Assembly: GCA_964575915.1 (NCBI GenBank)
Contig: CAZNTD010000001.1
Location: 1-57,670 of the forward strand
From: an uncultured archaeon
Lineage (GTDB): Archaea > Nanohalarchaeota > Nanosalinia > Nanosalinales > Nanohalalkaliarchaeaceae
Reading direction: 5' to 3'
DNA: 57,670 nt
The translations under genes were made by a program, and so were the position numbers. Under the pieces are notes generated by a model, which saw only the letters and a list, made by a program, of their open reading frames with translations, had not been told where the DNA came from and searched no databases. This document shows, one piece after another, positions 42,366 to 51,612 of this stretch (the first letter of the stretch is position 1; the number at the start of each line of letters is the position of its first letter).

Positions 42366-44402
42366 GTGACGTCCGCGTTGCCGTACATCCACGGCGTCCC
42401 GCATCTGGGGAACGTGGCCGGGTCGCTGCTTCCGGCGGACCTGTACCACCGCTACCTCGACCTGCGGGGCCACGAGAACATATTCATCTGCGGCAGCGAC
42501 GAGCACGGCACCCCGCTGGAGCTGTCCGCCATCGAGGCGGGCGAGTCGCCGGAGGAGCACGCGGATCGGCAGCACCAGGCGGTGCGCACCGCGCTGCGCG
42601 ACTTCGACCTTGACTTCTCCCTCTACGGCCGCACCCACACCCGGTTCAACGAGGAGCGGACGCATGACATCTTCCGCAACCTGTACCGGAACGGCTACAT
42701 CGTGGAGAAGGCGCAGGAACTGCCGTACTGCCGGACGGACGAGCGGTTCTTGGCGGACCGGTACATCGAGGGGGAGTGCCCGGAGTGCGGCGGCCTGGCG
42801 CGGGGCGACCAGTGCGACGACTGCGGCACCCTGCTGGAGCCGGAGGAGCTGGTGGAGCCGCACTGCACCATCTGTGACGGGACGGATATCACGTTCCGGG
42901 AGACGAAGAACCTGTTCCTGGAACTGTCGAAGTTCGAGGACGATCTGCGCGACTGGCTGGCGGCGAACGATCCCATCCCGGACAGCCAGAAGCAGGAAGT
43001 GTTGAACCTCATCGACGAGGGCCTGGAGGACCGGTGCATCACGCGGGACATCCGGTGGGGGTTCGACGTGCCCACCGATCTCGACGGCATCGACCCGGAT
43101 ATCTACGACGACAAGGTGCTGTACGTATGGTTCGACGCACCCATCGGCTACATCGGCATCACCCAGCAGCATTTTTCCAAGCGGAACGACGAGGAGCGGT
43201 GGAAGGACTACTGGATGGACGATGATGCCGCGACCGTGTACAGCATCGGGAAGGACAACACCATCTTCCACTCCATCATCTTCCCCAGCATGCTGATGGG
43301 GGGAGCGCCCGAGGGCGAGGCGTACAACCTGCCGGACCACGAGTTCATCCAGCAGTACCTGATGTGGGAGGGACAGGGCTTCTCCAAGTCCCGGAACATC
43401 GGGCTGTGGGCCGACCAGGCCACCGACCTGCTGGAGCCGGACTACTGGCGGTTCTACCTCGCGTCCGCCCTGCCGGAGAACCACGACACCAACTTCGCGT
43501 GGGAGGACTTCGAGGCGAAGGTGAACGGCGAACTGAACGACACGGTCGGCAACTTCGTCAACCGCGTCCTCACACTGACGGACAAGTGGTTCGACGGCCA
43601 GGTGCCGGACGGCGACCTGGAGCGGTACAGGGACGTGCTGGACGAGCTGGCGGACCGGGTGGAGCGGTTCGACGCGGCGTTCGAGCAGGAGCACAGCCCG
43701 AAGCAGGCGGTACAGCAGGCGGTCGCCGTGGCGCGGCTGGGCGACGAGTTCCTGTCCCGCGAGGAGCCGTGGATGCACGAGGAGAAGCAGGCGGACGTCA
43801 TCGCGACCGCGCTCCGCATCGTGGAGGCGGTGGCCGTGGTCATGTACCCGTTCACCCCGGCGGCGTCCCGGGACCTGCAGCGGATGCTCGTGCCGGACGC
43901 GACAAGCGTGGTGGACGGCCGCGACCGGCTTGAAACGTTGCTGGACGGTGGCGACCTGGAACCCGGCGCGGAGCTGGGCGACCGCACCATCCTGTTCGAG
44001 AAGGTGGACGTGGACGACCTCGCGGACGAGATGGACCGCGACGACGGGGATATGGATGATATGGACGACGAAGACGAGGACATGGTCAGTTTCGACGACT
44101 TCCAGCGGATGGACATCAGGACCGGCACCATCGTGGACGTGGCGGACCACCCGAACGCGGACAAGCTCTACCTCCTGCAGATCGACATCGGCGGGGAGAC
44201 GAAGCAGAGCTGCGCCGGGCTGCGACCTCACTTCGAGGCGGACGAACTCGAGGGACGGGACGTGGTCGTGCTGGCGAACCTGGAGCCCGCCGAGCTGCGG
44301 GGGGAGACGAGCGAGTGCATGGTCCTCGCGGCGGACGACGGCGACACCGTCTCCCTGCTGCGGCCGGACGAGCCGGTGCCGGACGGCACCGGGGTCCGCT
44401 GA
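42366..44402 (+). CDS. metG: methionine--tRNA ligase with C-terminal tRNA-binding (Trbp111/EMAP-like) domain; start uncertain
   Basis: SALPYIHGVPHLGN (HIGH-like), zinc knuckles CPECG/CDDCG/CTICDG, GFSKSRN (KMSKS-like), C-terminal DIRTGTIVDVADHPNADKLYLLQIDIG. The GTG at 42366 is the first canonical in-frame start after coding-like codon usage begins. Confidence 0.85.
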   Translation: MTSALPYIHGVPHLGNVAGSLLPADLYHRYLDLRGHENIFICGSDEHGTPLELSAIEAGESPEEHADRQHQAVRTALRDFDLDFSLYGRTHTRFNEERTHDIFRNLYRNGYIVEKAQELPYCRTDERFLADRYIEGECPECGGLARGDQCDDCGTLLEPEELVEPHCTICDGTDITFRETKNLFLELSKFEDDLRDWLAANDPIPDSQKQEVLNLIDEGLEDRCITRDIRWGFDVPTDLDGIDPDIYDDKVLYVWFDAPIGYIGITQQHFSKRNDEERWKDYWMDDDAATVYSIGKDNTIFHSIIFPSMLMGGAPEGEAYNLPDHEFIQQYLMWEGQGFSKSRNIGLWADQATDLLEPDYWRFYLASALPENHDTNFAWEDFEAKVNGELNDTVGNFVNRVLTLTDKWFDGQVPDGDLERYRDVLDELADRVERFDAAFEQEHSPKQAVQQAVAVARLGDEFLSREEPWMHEEKQADVIATALRIVEAVAVVMYPFTPAASRDLQRMLVPDATSVVDGRDRLETLLDGGDLEPGAELGDRTILFEKVDVDDLADEMDRDDGDMDDMDDEDEDMVSFDDFQRMDIRTGTIVDVADHPNADKLYLLQIDIGGETKQSCAGLRPHFEADELEGRDVVVLANLEPAELRGETSECMVLAADDGDTVSLLRPDEPVPDGTGVR

Positions 44403-44408
44403 CCGCGG

Positions 44409-45080
44409 CTACAGGTCGACGGTGCGGCTGTAGGCCTCCTCGATGCGGGTGATGGCCTCCTCGCGCCGGTCGGAGTACGGGGTGAGGAGGTGGTCGTCGA
44501 GGAACCGGATCTTGTTGTGGAAGAAGTCGTTCCGGTCGGGGACGTCGGACGGGTCCACCGTGAACCGGTCGTCCGGGACCTCCCGTTCCGCGCCGTCCGG
44601 CGTGTAGGTGCTGCGGACGACCGCGTACGTGTGCTGGCCGGGCTCGTTGTCGGCCATGCGGGCGAGCGTGTAGCCCTCGCCGTCGACCGCGAACCCGATG
44701 GTCACCACGGCGCCGCTGGTATAATTGGAGCGGTACTGTCCGCGGGTGTCATGGAAGTGCATGAGGACGTCCCGCTTCTCGACCGCGCCGTCCACCTCGG
44801 ACAGCATCTCGACGAGTCCGTCCTCGTCGACCGCGTCGCGCCGCACCGCGTCGAGGGTGTGGCGGTACCGGTCCGGCGCCAGGAACGTCCGGTCGGCCGG
44901 GTCGTAGACGACCGGCTGGCCGCCGTCGGTCGGCCGGAACACGGTCATGTCGCCGGCGCGGATGTCCTCCCAGTTCGGGCTCTTCGTCAGCGTGTGCGTT
45001 ATCTCTTCGGGTGCGAGCCGGTCCACGACCGCGTCGCGCACCGCCCCATCATCGAACCGTACCGTATCGTCATCATCCAT
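44409..45080 (-). CDS. acidic hypothetical protein
   Basis: 223-aa ORF with an acidic halophile-type composition; no motif recognised. Confidence 0.55.
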   Translation of the reverse strand: MDDDDTVRFDDGAVRDAVVDRLAPEEITHTLTKSPNWEDIRAGDMTVFRPTDGGQPVVYDPADRTFLAPDRYRHTLDAVRRDAVDEDGLVEMLSEVDGAVEKRDVLMHFHDTRGQYRSNYTSGAVVTIGFAVDGEGYTLARMADNEPGQHTYAVVRSTYTPDGAEREVPDDRFTVDPSDVPDRNDFFHNKIRFLDDHLLTPYSDRREEAITRIEEAYSRTVDL

Positions 45081-45151
45081 CAGTCATCACGTCGGACCGT
45101 GCACGATGGGGAGAAAGATTTTTAACCGGTCCGGTGTGATGGGGTTCCCGG

Positions 45152-45757
45152 TCAGAGGTCGAACGGGTACGTCCCGAAGTCGTCGGTCCGGTCACGGGCG
45201 TCCGCGAACTCGCTGGCCGGCACGACGTGCTCGTCGCCGGTGTAGATGCGCTCCTGCCCGGACGGGTCGATCTCGACCGCTGCGACGCCGTCGTCCGTGA
45301 GGACGCGGTCGATCTCCCGGAGCGCGGCCGTCTGGTCCTCCGCATGCTTGAGCCGGGAGAGCAGGGTCTTGGATGTGACGATGTCGAACGCATCCTCCTG
45401 GAACGGGAGCTGCCGCGCATCGCCCTGCACCGGATGGTCCAGGTAGGCATGGTCGCCGGTGTCGGGGTCCCGGTTCGCGGCGAGCGCCTCCCCGGAGATG
45501 TCGTACCCGACCGTCTCGACGTCCAGGCCGGTGTAGTGCTCGATGGCTGTCGCCAGGCCGTTCGGTGCCTCTCCCGTGGACGCACCGACATCGAGCATCC
45601 TGACCGTGTCGCGGCCCTCGAAGTAGCCGTCCTCGGCCAGTGCGACGATCCCCTGCGCGAACCCTTCGTACCGGGTCGCCTGGGTCGTGTTGTCCGGCCA
45701 GACGCCACGCTCACGGTTCGCGTCGACGTAGTCGCCGGAGTTGAGATCCCCGTTCAT
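45152..45757 (-). CDS. class I SAM-dependent methyltransferase
   Basis: Motif I RMLDVGASTGE, acidic loop GYDIS, and motif post-II/III (AFDIVTSKTLL...LREIDRVLTDDG). Confidence 0.7.
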   Translation of the reverse strand: MNGDLNSGDYVDANRERGVWPDNTTQATRYEGFAQGIVALAEDGYFEGRDTVRMLDVGASTGEAPNGLATAIEHYTGLDVETVGYDISGEALAANRDPDTGDHAYLDHPVQGDARQLPFQEDAFDIVTSKTLLSRLKHAEDQTAALREIDRVLTDDGVAAVEIDPSGQERIYTGDEHVVPASEFADARDRTDDFGTYPFDL

Positions 45758-45836
45758 CTTATGTTACTACTTTAGTGTAGTTACTTATAAATCTACCGGT
45801 TTTGGCGGGGTGAAACCGGCCTGAACCGCGCGAAAA

Positions 45837-46328
45837 TCAGTCGGAGACGTATTGACGCATCGGCTCCACGGCAGGGAGGTCGCGCATGGTCGCGAAGATG
45901 TCAAGATGCGGGGCGGGCGCCTCGACCACGAGCCGGTCCGGGGCCGTGTAGACCTCCAGTCCAGCGTTCCCGGGCGAGGCCAGGTGGACGGGATCGCCCG
46001 CCTGCCGGACCGGTTCGTCGACCTCCCGCAGGTCGTACGCCATCATGACGAGGTTGAAGTCGCCGCGGACGTCGCCGCCGGACACCGGCTCGTAGACCGT
46101 GCCGAGCCGGCCGCCGTCCAGCAGGTCATCGGCATCGCGGCCGGAGATGCGACCGGACTCGGGGTTGTACTCGAAGACGTCCCGCTCCCGATAGTCCCAC
46201 AGGAGGCTGCACGGGCTGTCCCGCGGCAGCACCCCGTCCACCTCGTCGATCCACTCCACGCCGCCGGGAGCGAGCGCGTCCACCACCCGCGAGGGCCGCT
46301 CCCGCACCGTCACGCCACGCGCGTTCAC
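45837..46328 (-). CDS. hypothetical protein
   Basis: 163-aa acidic ORF with a 4-nt overlap with the upstream gene. Confidence 0.5.
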   Translation of the reverse strand: MNARGVTVRERPSRVVDALAPGGVEWIDEVDGVLPRDSPCSLLWDYRERDVFEYNPESGRISGRDADDLLDGGRLGTVYEPVSGGDVRGDFNLVMMAYDLREVDEPVRQAGDPVHLASPGNAGLEVYTAPDRLVVEAPAPHLDIFATMRDLPAVEPMRQYVSD

Positions 46329-46927
46329 CGGCCGTCCACCTCGCGCGGCGGGAGCTTCAGCCAGTCCGCCCCGTAGCCGTCCCGCGTCCGGAGGTCGGTG
46401 CGGACCACCTCGAAGCCATCGACGATGTCCTGGATCTCGTCCGGGACCGCCGCCTCGCTCCGTTCATCGAACCGGGCGAGGAGGTTGACGCGGTGGCTGC
46501 TCGGGTAGATGACGACCCTGCCGGTGTCGAAGTCGTAGGCAGGGACCCGCTCGCCGTGGTCGCGCTCGAACTGGTCGTCCCGGTCGAGGTAGCGGCGGAT
46601 CGACGCCGTCCCCTCCTGGTCGCCGTGGAGCATGGTCCGCACCACGGGCTCCTCCTCGTCCGCCGCCGCACCCGGCGCGATGTCCGCCGGGTCGCCGGTC
46701 TCGACGTAGAAGTCGGCCGCCGTGGGCACGTCGAGGACCGTGAACGAGACCGTGTCGCCGTCGTACGCGAAGACCGAGACGTCCTCGCCGTACGCGCCCG
46801 GGTCGCGCTCCTCGAACCCGTCCGTCTTCCTGAGCAGGTACCGGTTCTCCTCCGTGTACCCGTTCCGTTCGATGGACCGGAGCACGTCCAGCGGGTGGTC
46901 CGCCTCCATGCCGCGTGTGTTCATCAC
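46325..46927 (-). CDS. hypothetical protein
   Basis: 200-aa acidic ORF. The position of TATA ttttttataac suggests the real start may be the MEADHP ATG at 46909. Confidence 0.5.
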   Translation of the reverse strand: MMNTRGMEADHPLDVLRSIERNGYTEENRYLLRKTDGFEERDPGAYGEDVSVFAYDGDTVSFTVLDVPTAADFYVETGDPADIAPGAAADEEEPVVRTMLHGDQEGTASIRRYLDRDDQFERDHGERVPAYDFDTGRVVIYPSSHRVNLLARFDERSEAAVPDEIQDIVDGFEVVRTDLRTRDGYGADWLKLPPREVDGR

Positions 46928-47065
46928 CGAGTTATAAAAAATGTCCGACGGCGGGCCGGGGCGTCACGGCACGACCCGGCCACCGCGACTGAACGGATGT
47001 TTAGCATCGGGCGGTGACGACAAGATATTTATACGTCGGTGGTCCCGCACGGTCCGTGAACACCC

Positions 47066-48295
47066 GTGTCGCAGGAGAGTGACCGAGCGGCCGGCGGCCT
47101 CCCGGACAGCCTCGCGGAGTTCTCCCGCATCTACGATTCCGGGGCGCGGGACCGGGTGGCGGACAGCGCGGCCGCGCTCGACTACGAGAGCAACGACGGC
47201 GACTGCCGGTACACGGACGAGACGCGCATCCTGGCCGTCCGGGACGCCACCGACATTGTCCTGGGATACAGCGTCAGCCACAGCATCGCCGGCGGGGAGG
47301 AGATGGACGTGGACGGCCGGGACGAACCGGACGGCTACGAGACCGCGCTCGAGATGCTGGACGCCGCCTGGGATCCCGACGCGGGACACGGCGAGGTCAC
47401 CGTCCACCTGCCCGACGACACCGCCACCCTGCTCTGCCGGACCATCCCGGCGAACGACCACGACATCCGGCAGTACGTCACCGAACTCCAGAGCCTCGCC
47501 ACCGAGTTCCGGGTGGACGGCTACCGGTACGGCCGCGGCCCGACCTCCGGCACCGGCAAGACATCGGCCGAGCACCACGCCGCCAACGTCGCCGCGACCG
47601 ACATCGACGGGACCCCGGTCATCGCGACGTACAACCGGCGCATCGGGAAGGACGTGGAGGACATGGGCGCCGTCCCTGCCGCACCGTGGCAGATCCTTGC
47701 GGGCATCCGACTGTCGGAGGGACCGTATACCACACCGGAACTGAACCGGGTGGCGAACGTCCTCGACCGGTTCCGGGATGCGCCCGACTACCGGGACGAC
47801 GTGGAGCACGTCCCGGAATCGCTGCGCGGCGACCTGGACGGGCTGCCAGACACGGTCGTCCCCGACCACAGCGTCACGACCGAGATCGCGGAACGGCGCC
47901 GCCGGTTCGGGCCGGATGACGTCCCGGTGCAGACGTGGCAGGAATCGCTGCGCGCCATCGACGCCGCGGTCGCGGCCGACGACGTGGACGTCCTGCTCCC
48001 GGAGAACACGGGCCGGCGCATGGAGGACACCGTCGGCGGGGAACCCGGTGCCGCGGTCCGCGAGGACATCGAGCGGGTGACCGGGTCGCTGCCGGTGGAC
48101 CTGGACCGGGAGCTTCCGGACGAGATGGGAGCGGTGCCGGACGACGAACGGCGCGTCGCGGCGGAGGACTATGCCATCGCCGTCGCAGCCATCGAACGGA
48201 GCGCGGAGCCGCCGCTCATCCTGACGTACGACGATGATTTCGCGGGGATGGACGGGGTCGTGGCCCGGGAGCCCGGGACGGTCCTGCCGGACTAG
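47066..48295 (+). CDS. acidic hypothetical protein
   Basis: 409-aa ORF (GTG start). Acidic, in contrast to the Arg/Gly-rich 636-aa antisense ORF. Confidence 0.55.
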   Translation: MSQESDRAAGGLPDSLAEFSRIYDSGARDRVADSAAALDYESNDGDCRYTDETRILAVRDATDIVLGYSVSHSIAGGEEMDVDGRDEPDGYETALEMLDAAWDPDAGHGEVTVHLPDDTATLLCRTIPANDHDIRQYVTELQSLATEFRVDGYRYGRGPTSGTGKTSAEHHAANVAATDIDGTPVIATYNRRIGKDVEDMGAVPAAPWQILAGIRLSEGPYTTPELNRVANVLDRFRDAPDYRDDVEHVPESLRGDLDGLPDTVVPDHSVTTEIAERRRRFGPDDVPVQTWQESLRAIDAAVAADDVDVLLPENTGRRMEDTVGGEPGAAVREDIERVTGSLPVDLDRELPDEMGAVPDDERRVAAEDYAIAVAAIERSAEPPLILTYDDDFAGMDGVVAREPGTVLPD

Positions 48296-48828
48296 TGGAC
48301 GCCACGGTCGATGCCGTCCGTGGCGATGAGGTCGTCCAGTTCCGCGTCCAGCATCTCGCGCGCATCCGCGTAGGTCGCGTCGAACCCGTCCGCGCTGTCC
48401 GCCCCGCCCATCGCGCCGTAGGCGATGCCACCGGTGCTGTCCATGATATCGTCGAACAGGTCGTCCGGCGATGTCGGGGCCGTGGCGTGCGCCTCCAGCG
48501 TGGCCGCGACCGCCCGTCCCATCCGCTCCGCCTCGTCCCGGTCCCGCGGGCCGCGCCGGATGGCGAACCGCCGGTCCGCCTCCGCCCCGGGCAGGTAGTC
48601 CGTCCCGTCCGGCCGGTCGGCCACCTTCGCACCGACGCCCCGGACCGTGAACGGGTCCTTCATGTAGAGCGATGCGGCGTAGACGCCGGCGGACGGATGC
48701 GCGAGGTAGAGGTCGGTGCCGACACCCTCCCGGTCGCGCATGGCGGCACGCCAGTCCGCGGGATCCCCGGGTTCGTCGGCGACGTCGGCCATCATGTCCT
48801 CGAAGGAGCGCGGCTGCATGCACACCAC
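48292..48828 (-). CDS. hypothetical protein
   Basis: 178-aa acidic ORF. Its TATA (gggggtttaagtacc on the minus strand) suggests a start at MQPRSF (48819). Confidence 0.5.
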   Translation of the reverse strand: MVCMQPRSFEDMMADVADEPGDPADWRAAMRDREGVGTDLYLAHPSAGVYAASLYMKDPFTVRGVGAKVADRPDGTDYLPGAEADRRFAIRRGPRDRDEAERMGRAVAATLEAHATAPTSPDDLFDDIMDSTGGIAYGAMGGADSADGFDATYADAREMLDAELDDLIATDGIDRGVH

Positions 48829-48920
48829 TTGCCGGCGAGGTACTTAAACCCCCGGCGGGCAGGTGTCGCGGCACCGGCGACCGACGGATTTAAAACTTCG
48901 AACGCGGAGGGGTAGGTATC

Positions 48921-51566
48921 ATGCCCGAGGGTGACTACGAGCCGGAGGTCATCGAGCCGAAGTGGCAGGAGGTGTGGGTCGAGGAGGAGACCTACGCCTA
49001 TGCCGGGGACGGCGACGCGGTGTTCGCCATCGACACGCCGCCACCGACCGTGTCCGGCGACCTGCACATGGGACACCTGTACGGGTTCACGCTGCAGGAC
49101 TTCGTGGCACGGTTCCGGCGGATGAACGAGGACGCGGTGTTCTTCCCGTTCGGCTACGACGACAACGGCATCGCCTCGGAGCGGCTGACGGAGCGCGAAC
49201 TCGGCATCCAGCACCAGGACTACTCGCGGCGCGAGTTCCAGGAGAAGTGCCGCCAGGTGTGCCGCGAATATGAAGACGCGTTCACCGACAAGATGCAGGC
49301 GCTCGCGCTCTCCATGGACTGGAACAACACGTACAAGACCATCGAGCCGCGCGTGCAGAAGATCTCCCAGTTGAGTTTCATCGACCTGTACGAGCAGGGC
49401 CGCGAGTACCGGAAGAAGGCGCCCGCCATCTGGTGCCCCGACTGCGAGACCGCCATCTCCCAGGTCGAGATGGAGGACGCGGAGCGCCACTCGCATTTCA
49501 ACGATATTTCCTTCGACCTCGTCGACGGTGATAGGAGCAGCGGTTCCGGCGGGACCGATGCGACCATCACCATCTCCACGACGCGACCCGAACTCCTCCC
49601 GGCGTGCGTCGCCGTGTTCGTCCACCCGGAGGACGAGCGGAGCGACGACCTGGCCGGGAAGACCGCGGAGGTGCCGCTGTTCGGCCACGAGGTCCCTATC
49701 CTGGAGGACGAACGGGTGGACATGGAGAAGGGGAGCGGCGTGGTCATGAGCTGCACGTTCGGGGACCAGACAGACATCGAGTGGTACCAGGCGCACGACC
49801 TGCCGCTCCGGGTCGCCATCGACGCGTCCGGGACCATGACGGACGAGGCCGGCGCGTACGAGGGCATGTCCACGACGGAGGCGCGCAAGGCAATCGTTGA
49901 GGACCTGGACGAGGCGGGCCACCTGCTCGACCGGGAGCCCATCGAACATACGGTGCAGGTGCACGAGCGGTGCGGCACCGACGTGGAGTTCCGCGTCACG
50001 CCGCAGTGGTATATCAGGATACTTGACAGGAAGGAGGACTACCTGGAGGCCGGGCGGGAGATGGACTGGTACCCGGAGAAGATGTTCACCCGGTACAAGC
50101 ACTGGATCGAGGGGCTGCAGTGGGACTGGTGCATCTCCCGGCAGCGCGACTCCGGCATCCCGTTCCCGGTCTGGTACTGCACCGGCTGCGGCACGGAGGT
50201 GCTGGCGGAGCGGGCACAGTTGCCGGTCGACCCCATCCAGGACGAGCCGCCCGTCGATTCCTGCCCGGCGTGCGGGAACGGCGGGTTCGAGGCGGAGGAG
50301 GACGTGTTCGACACGTGGGCCACGAGCAGCCTCACACCGCTCATCAACGCGGAATGGGACGGCGACGCGCTCGGCCGCCCCGAACTCTACCCGATGGACC
50401 TGCGGCCGCAGGGCCACGACATCATCTCGTTCTGGCTGTTCCACACCGTCGTCAAGTGCCTGGAGCACACCGGCGAGGTGCCGTTCAAGAGCGTGAGCAT
50501 CAACGGCATGGTGCTCGACGAGAACCGGGAGAAGATGTCCAAGTCGAAGGGGAACGTGGTGTCGCCGGACGCGGTGCTCGAGGAGTTCCCGGTCGATGCG
50601 GCGCGGTACTGGGCCGCCGGCACGAGCATCGGCGACGACTTCCCGTTCAAGGAGAAGGACCTCGTCACCGGCCAGAAGCTGATGCGGAAGCTGTGGAACG
50701 CGTCGAAACTTGTCGAGCAGCTCGCACCCGCCGGGGACGTGCCGGACGAGCGGCCGGACCTGGAACCGCTCGACGAGTGGCTGCTCGCCGAACTCGACGA
50801 CCTCGTGGCGTTCATGACCGACGAACTCGAGGAGTACGGCTTCGCGAAGGCGCGGAACCGGCTGCGCGAGTTCTTCTGGAACGTCTACTGCGACGACTAC
50901 CTGGAGATCGCGAAGCAGCGGCTGCACGACGGCGAGGACCCGTCTGCAGCGTACACGCTGCGGGCGGCTCACCGCACCTTCCTGAAGCTGTTCGCCCCGT
51001 TCCTCGTGCACATCACCGAGGAACTGTGGCACGACATGTATGTCGACGAGAGCCAGCAGGTGGTGAACAGTATTGCCGACGTACCTGACAGCATCCACCT
51101 GGCGGACTGGCCGGAGGAGCGCGGTATCGCGGCCGACCGGGAGGCGGGGCAGCGCGCGATGGACACCATCCACGCCCTCCGCAAGCACAAGACCGACAAC
51201 CGGATGGCGCCGACCGACACCCTTGCCCGGGTGACGGTGTACGGCGACGTGTCCGGGTTCGCGGACGCCATCCGCGAGGTGATGCACGTGGACGACCTGG
51301 TGCAGGAGACCGGCAGCCCCGACATCGAGGAGACGGTCAGCGACATCTCGCTGGAGTACAGCGTGGTCGGCCCGAGGTACGGGGAGCAGGTCGGGGACAT
51401 CGAGGCGTCGCTGGACGAGGGTGACTACGACCTGGACGGCGACGAACTGCACGTGGCCGGGGAGACGCTCGGCCCGGACGAGTTCACGGTGGAGATGGAG
51501 CGGACCTACACCGGCGACGGCGAGATGGTCGCGGCCGGCGACGTCACCCTCATCGTCGAGGCGTGA
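48921..51566 (+). CDS. valS: valine--tRNA ligase
   Basis: PPPTVSGDLHMGH (HIGH) and KMSKSKGN (KMSKS). Editing and anticodon-binding regions have ValRS length and pattern. TATA ggatttaaaac lies upstream. Confidence 0.9.
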   Translation: MPEGDYEPEVIEPKWQEVWVEEETYAYAGDGDAVFAIDTPPPTVSGDLHMGHLYGFTLQDFVARFRRMNEDAVFFPFGYDDNGIASERLTERELGIQHQDYSRREFQEKCRQVCREYEDAFTDKMQALALSMDWNNTYKTIEPRVQKISQLSFIDLYEQGREYRKKAPAIWCPDCETAISQVEMEDAERHSHFNDISFDLVDGDRSSGSGGTDATITISTTRPELLPACVAVFVHPEDERSDDLAGKTAEVPLFGHEVPILEDERVDMEKGSGVVMSCTFGDQTDIEWYQAHDLPLRVAIDASGTMTDEAGAYEGMSTTEARKAIVEDLDEAGHLLDREPIEHTVQVHERCGTDVEFRVTPQWYIRILDRKEDYLEAGREMDWYPEKMFTRYKHWIEGLQWDWCISRQRDSGIPFPVWYCTGCGTEVLAERAQLPVDPIQDEPPVDSCPACGNGGFEAEEDVFDTWATSSLTPLINAEWDGDALGRPELYPMDLRPQGHDIISFWLFHTVVKCLEHTGEVPFKSVSINGMVLDENREKMSKSKGNVVSPDAVLEEFPVDAARYWAAGTSIGDDFPFKEKDLVTGQKLMRKLWNASKLVEQLAPAGDVPDERPDLEPLDEWLLAELDDLVAFMTDELEEYGFAKARNRLREFFWNVYCDDYLEIAKQRLHDGEDPSAAYTLRAAHRTFLKLFAPFLVHITEELWHDMYVDESQQVVNSIADVPDSIHLADWPEERGIAADREAGQRAMDTIHALRKHKTDNRMAPTDTLARVTVYGDVSGFADAIREVMHVDDLVQETGSPDIEETVSDISLEYSVVGPRYGEQVGDIEASLDEGDYDLDGDELHVAGETLGPDEFTVEMERTYTGDGEMVAAGDVTLIVEA

Positions 51567-51612
51567 CCCCCGTTACACCCTTTTAACGCTGTTTCACGCA
51601 GGATACGATATC

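Noticed and set aside
47525-47560. Walker A-like string GRGPTSGTGKTS in the 409-aa hypothetical protein
   Set aside because: The spacing does not fit GxxxxGK[ST] (Pro occupies the first Gly position). No Walker B or other ATPase features are visible.
48792-51452. 886-aa ORF antisense to valS. There are similar long antisense ORFs at 42324-44231 (opposite metG), 46964-48874, 16973-18415, 25401-26771 and 34261-35508.
   Set aside because: In each case the opposite strand carries an unambiguous conserved gene or a clearly more protein-like acidic ORF. The antisense products are low-complexity and Arg/Pro/Gly-rich.
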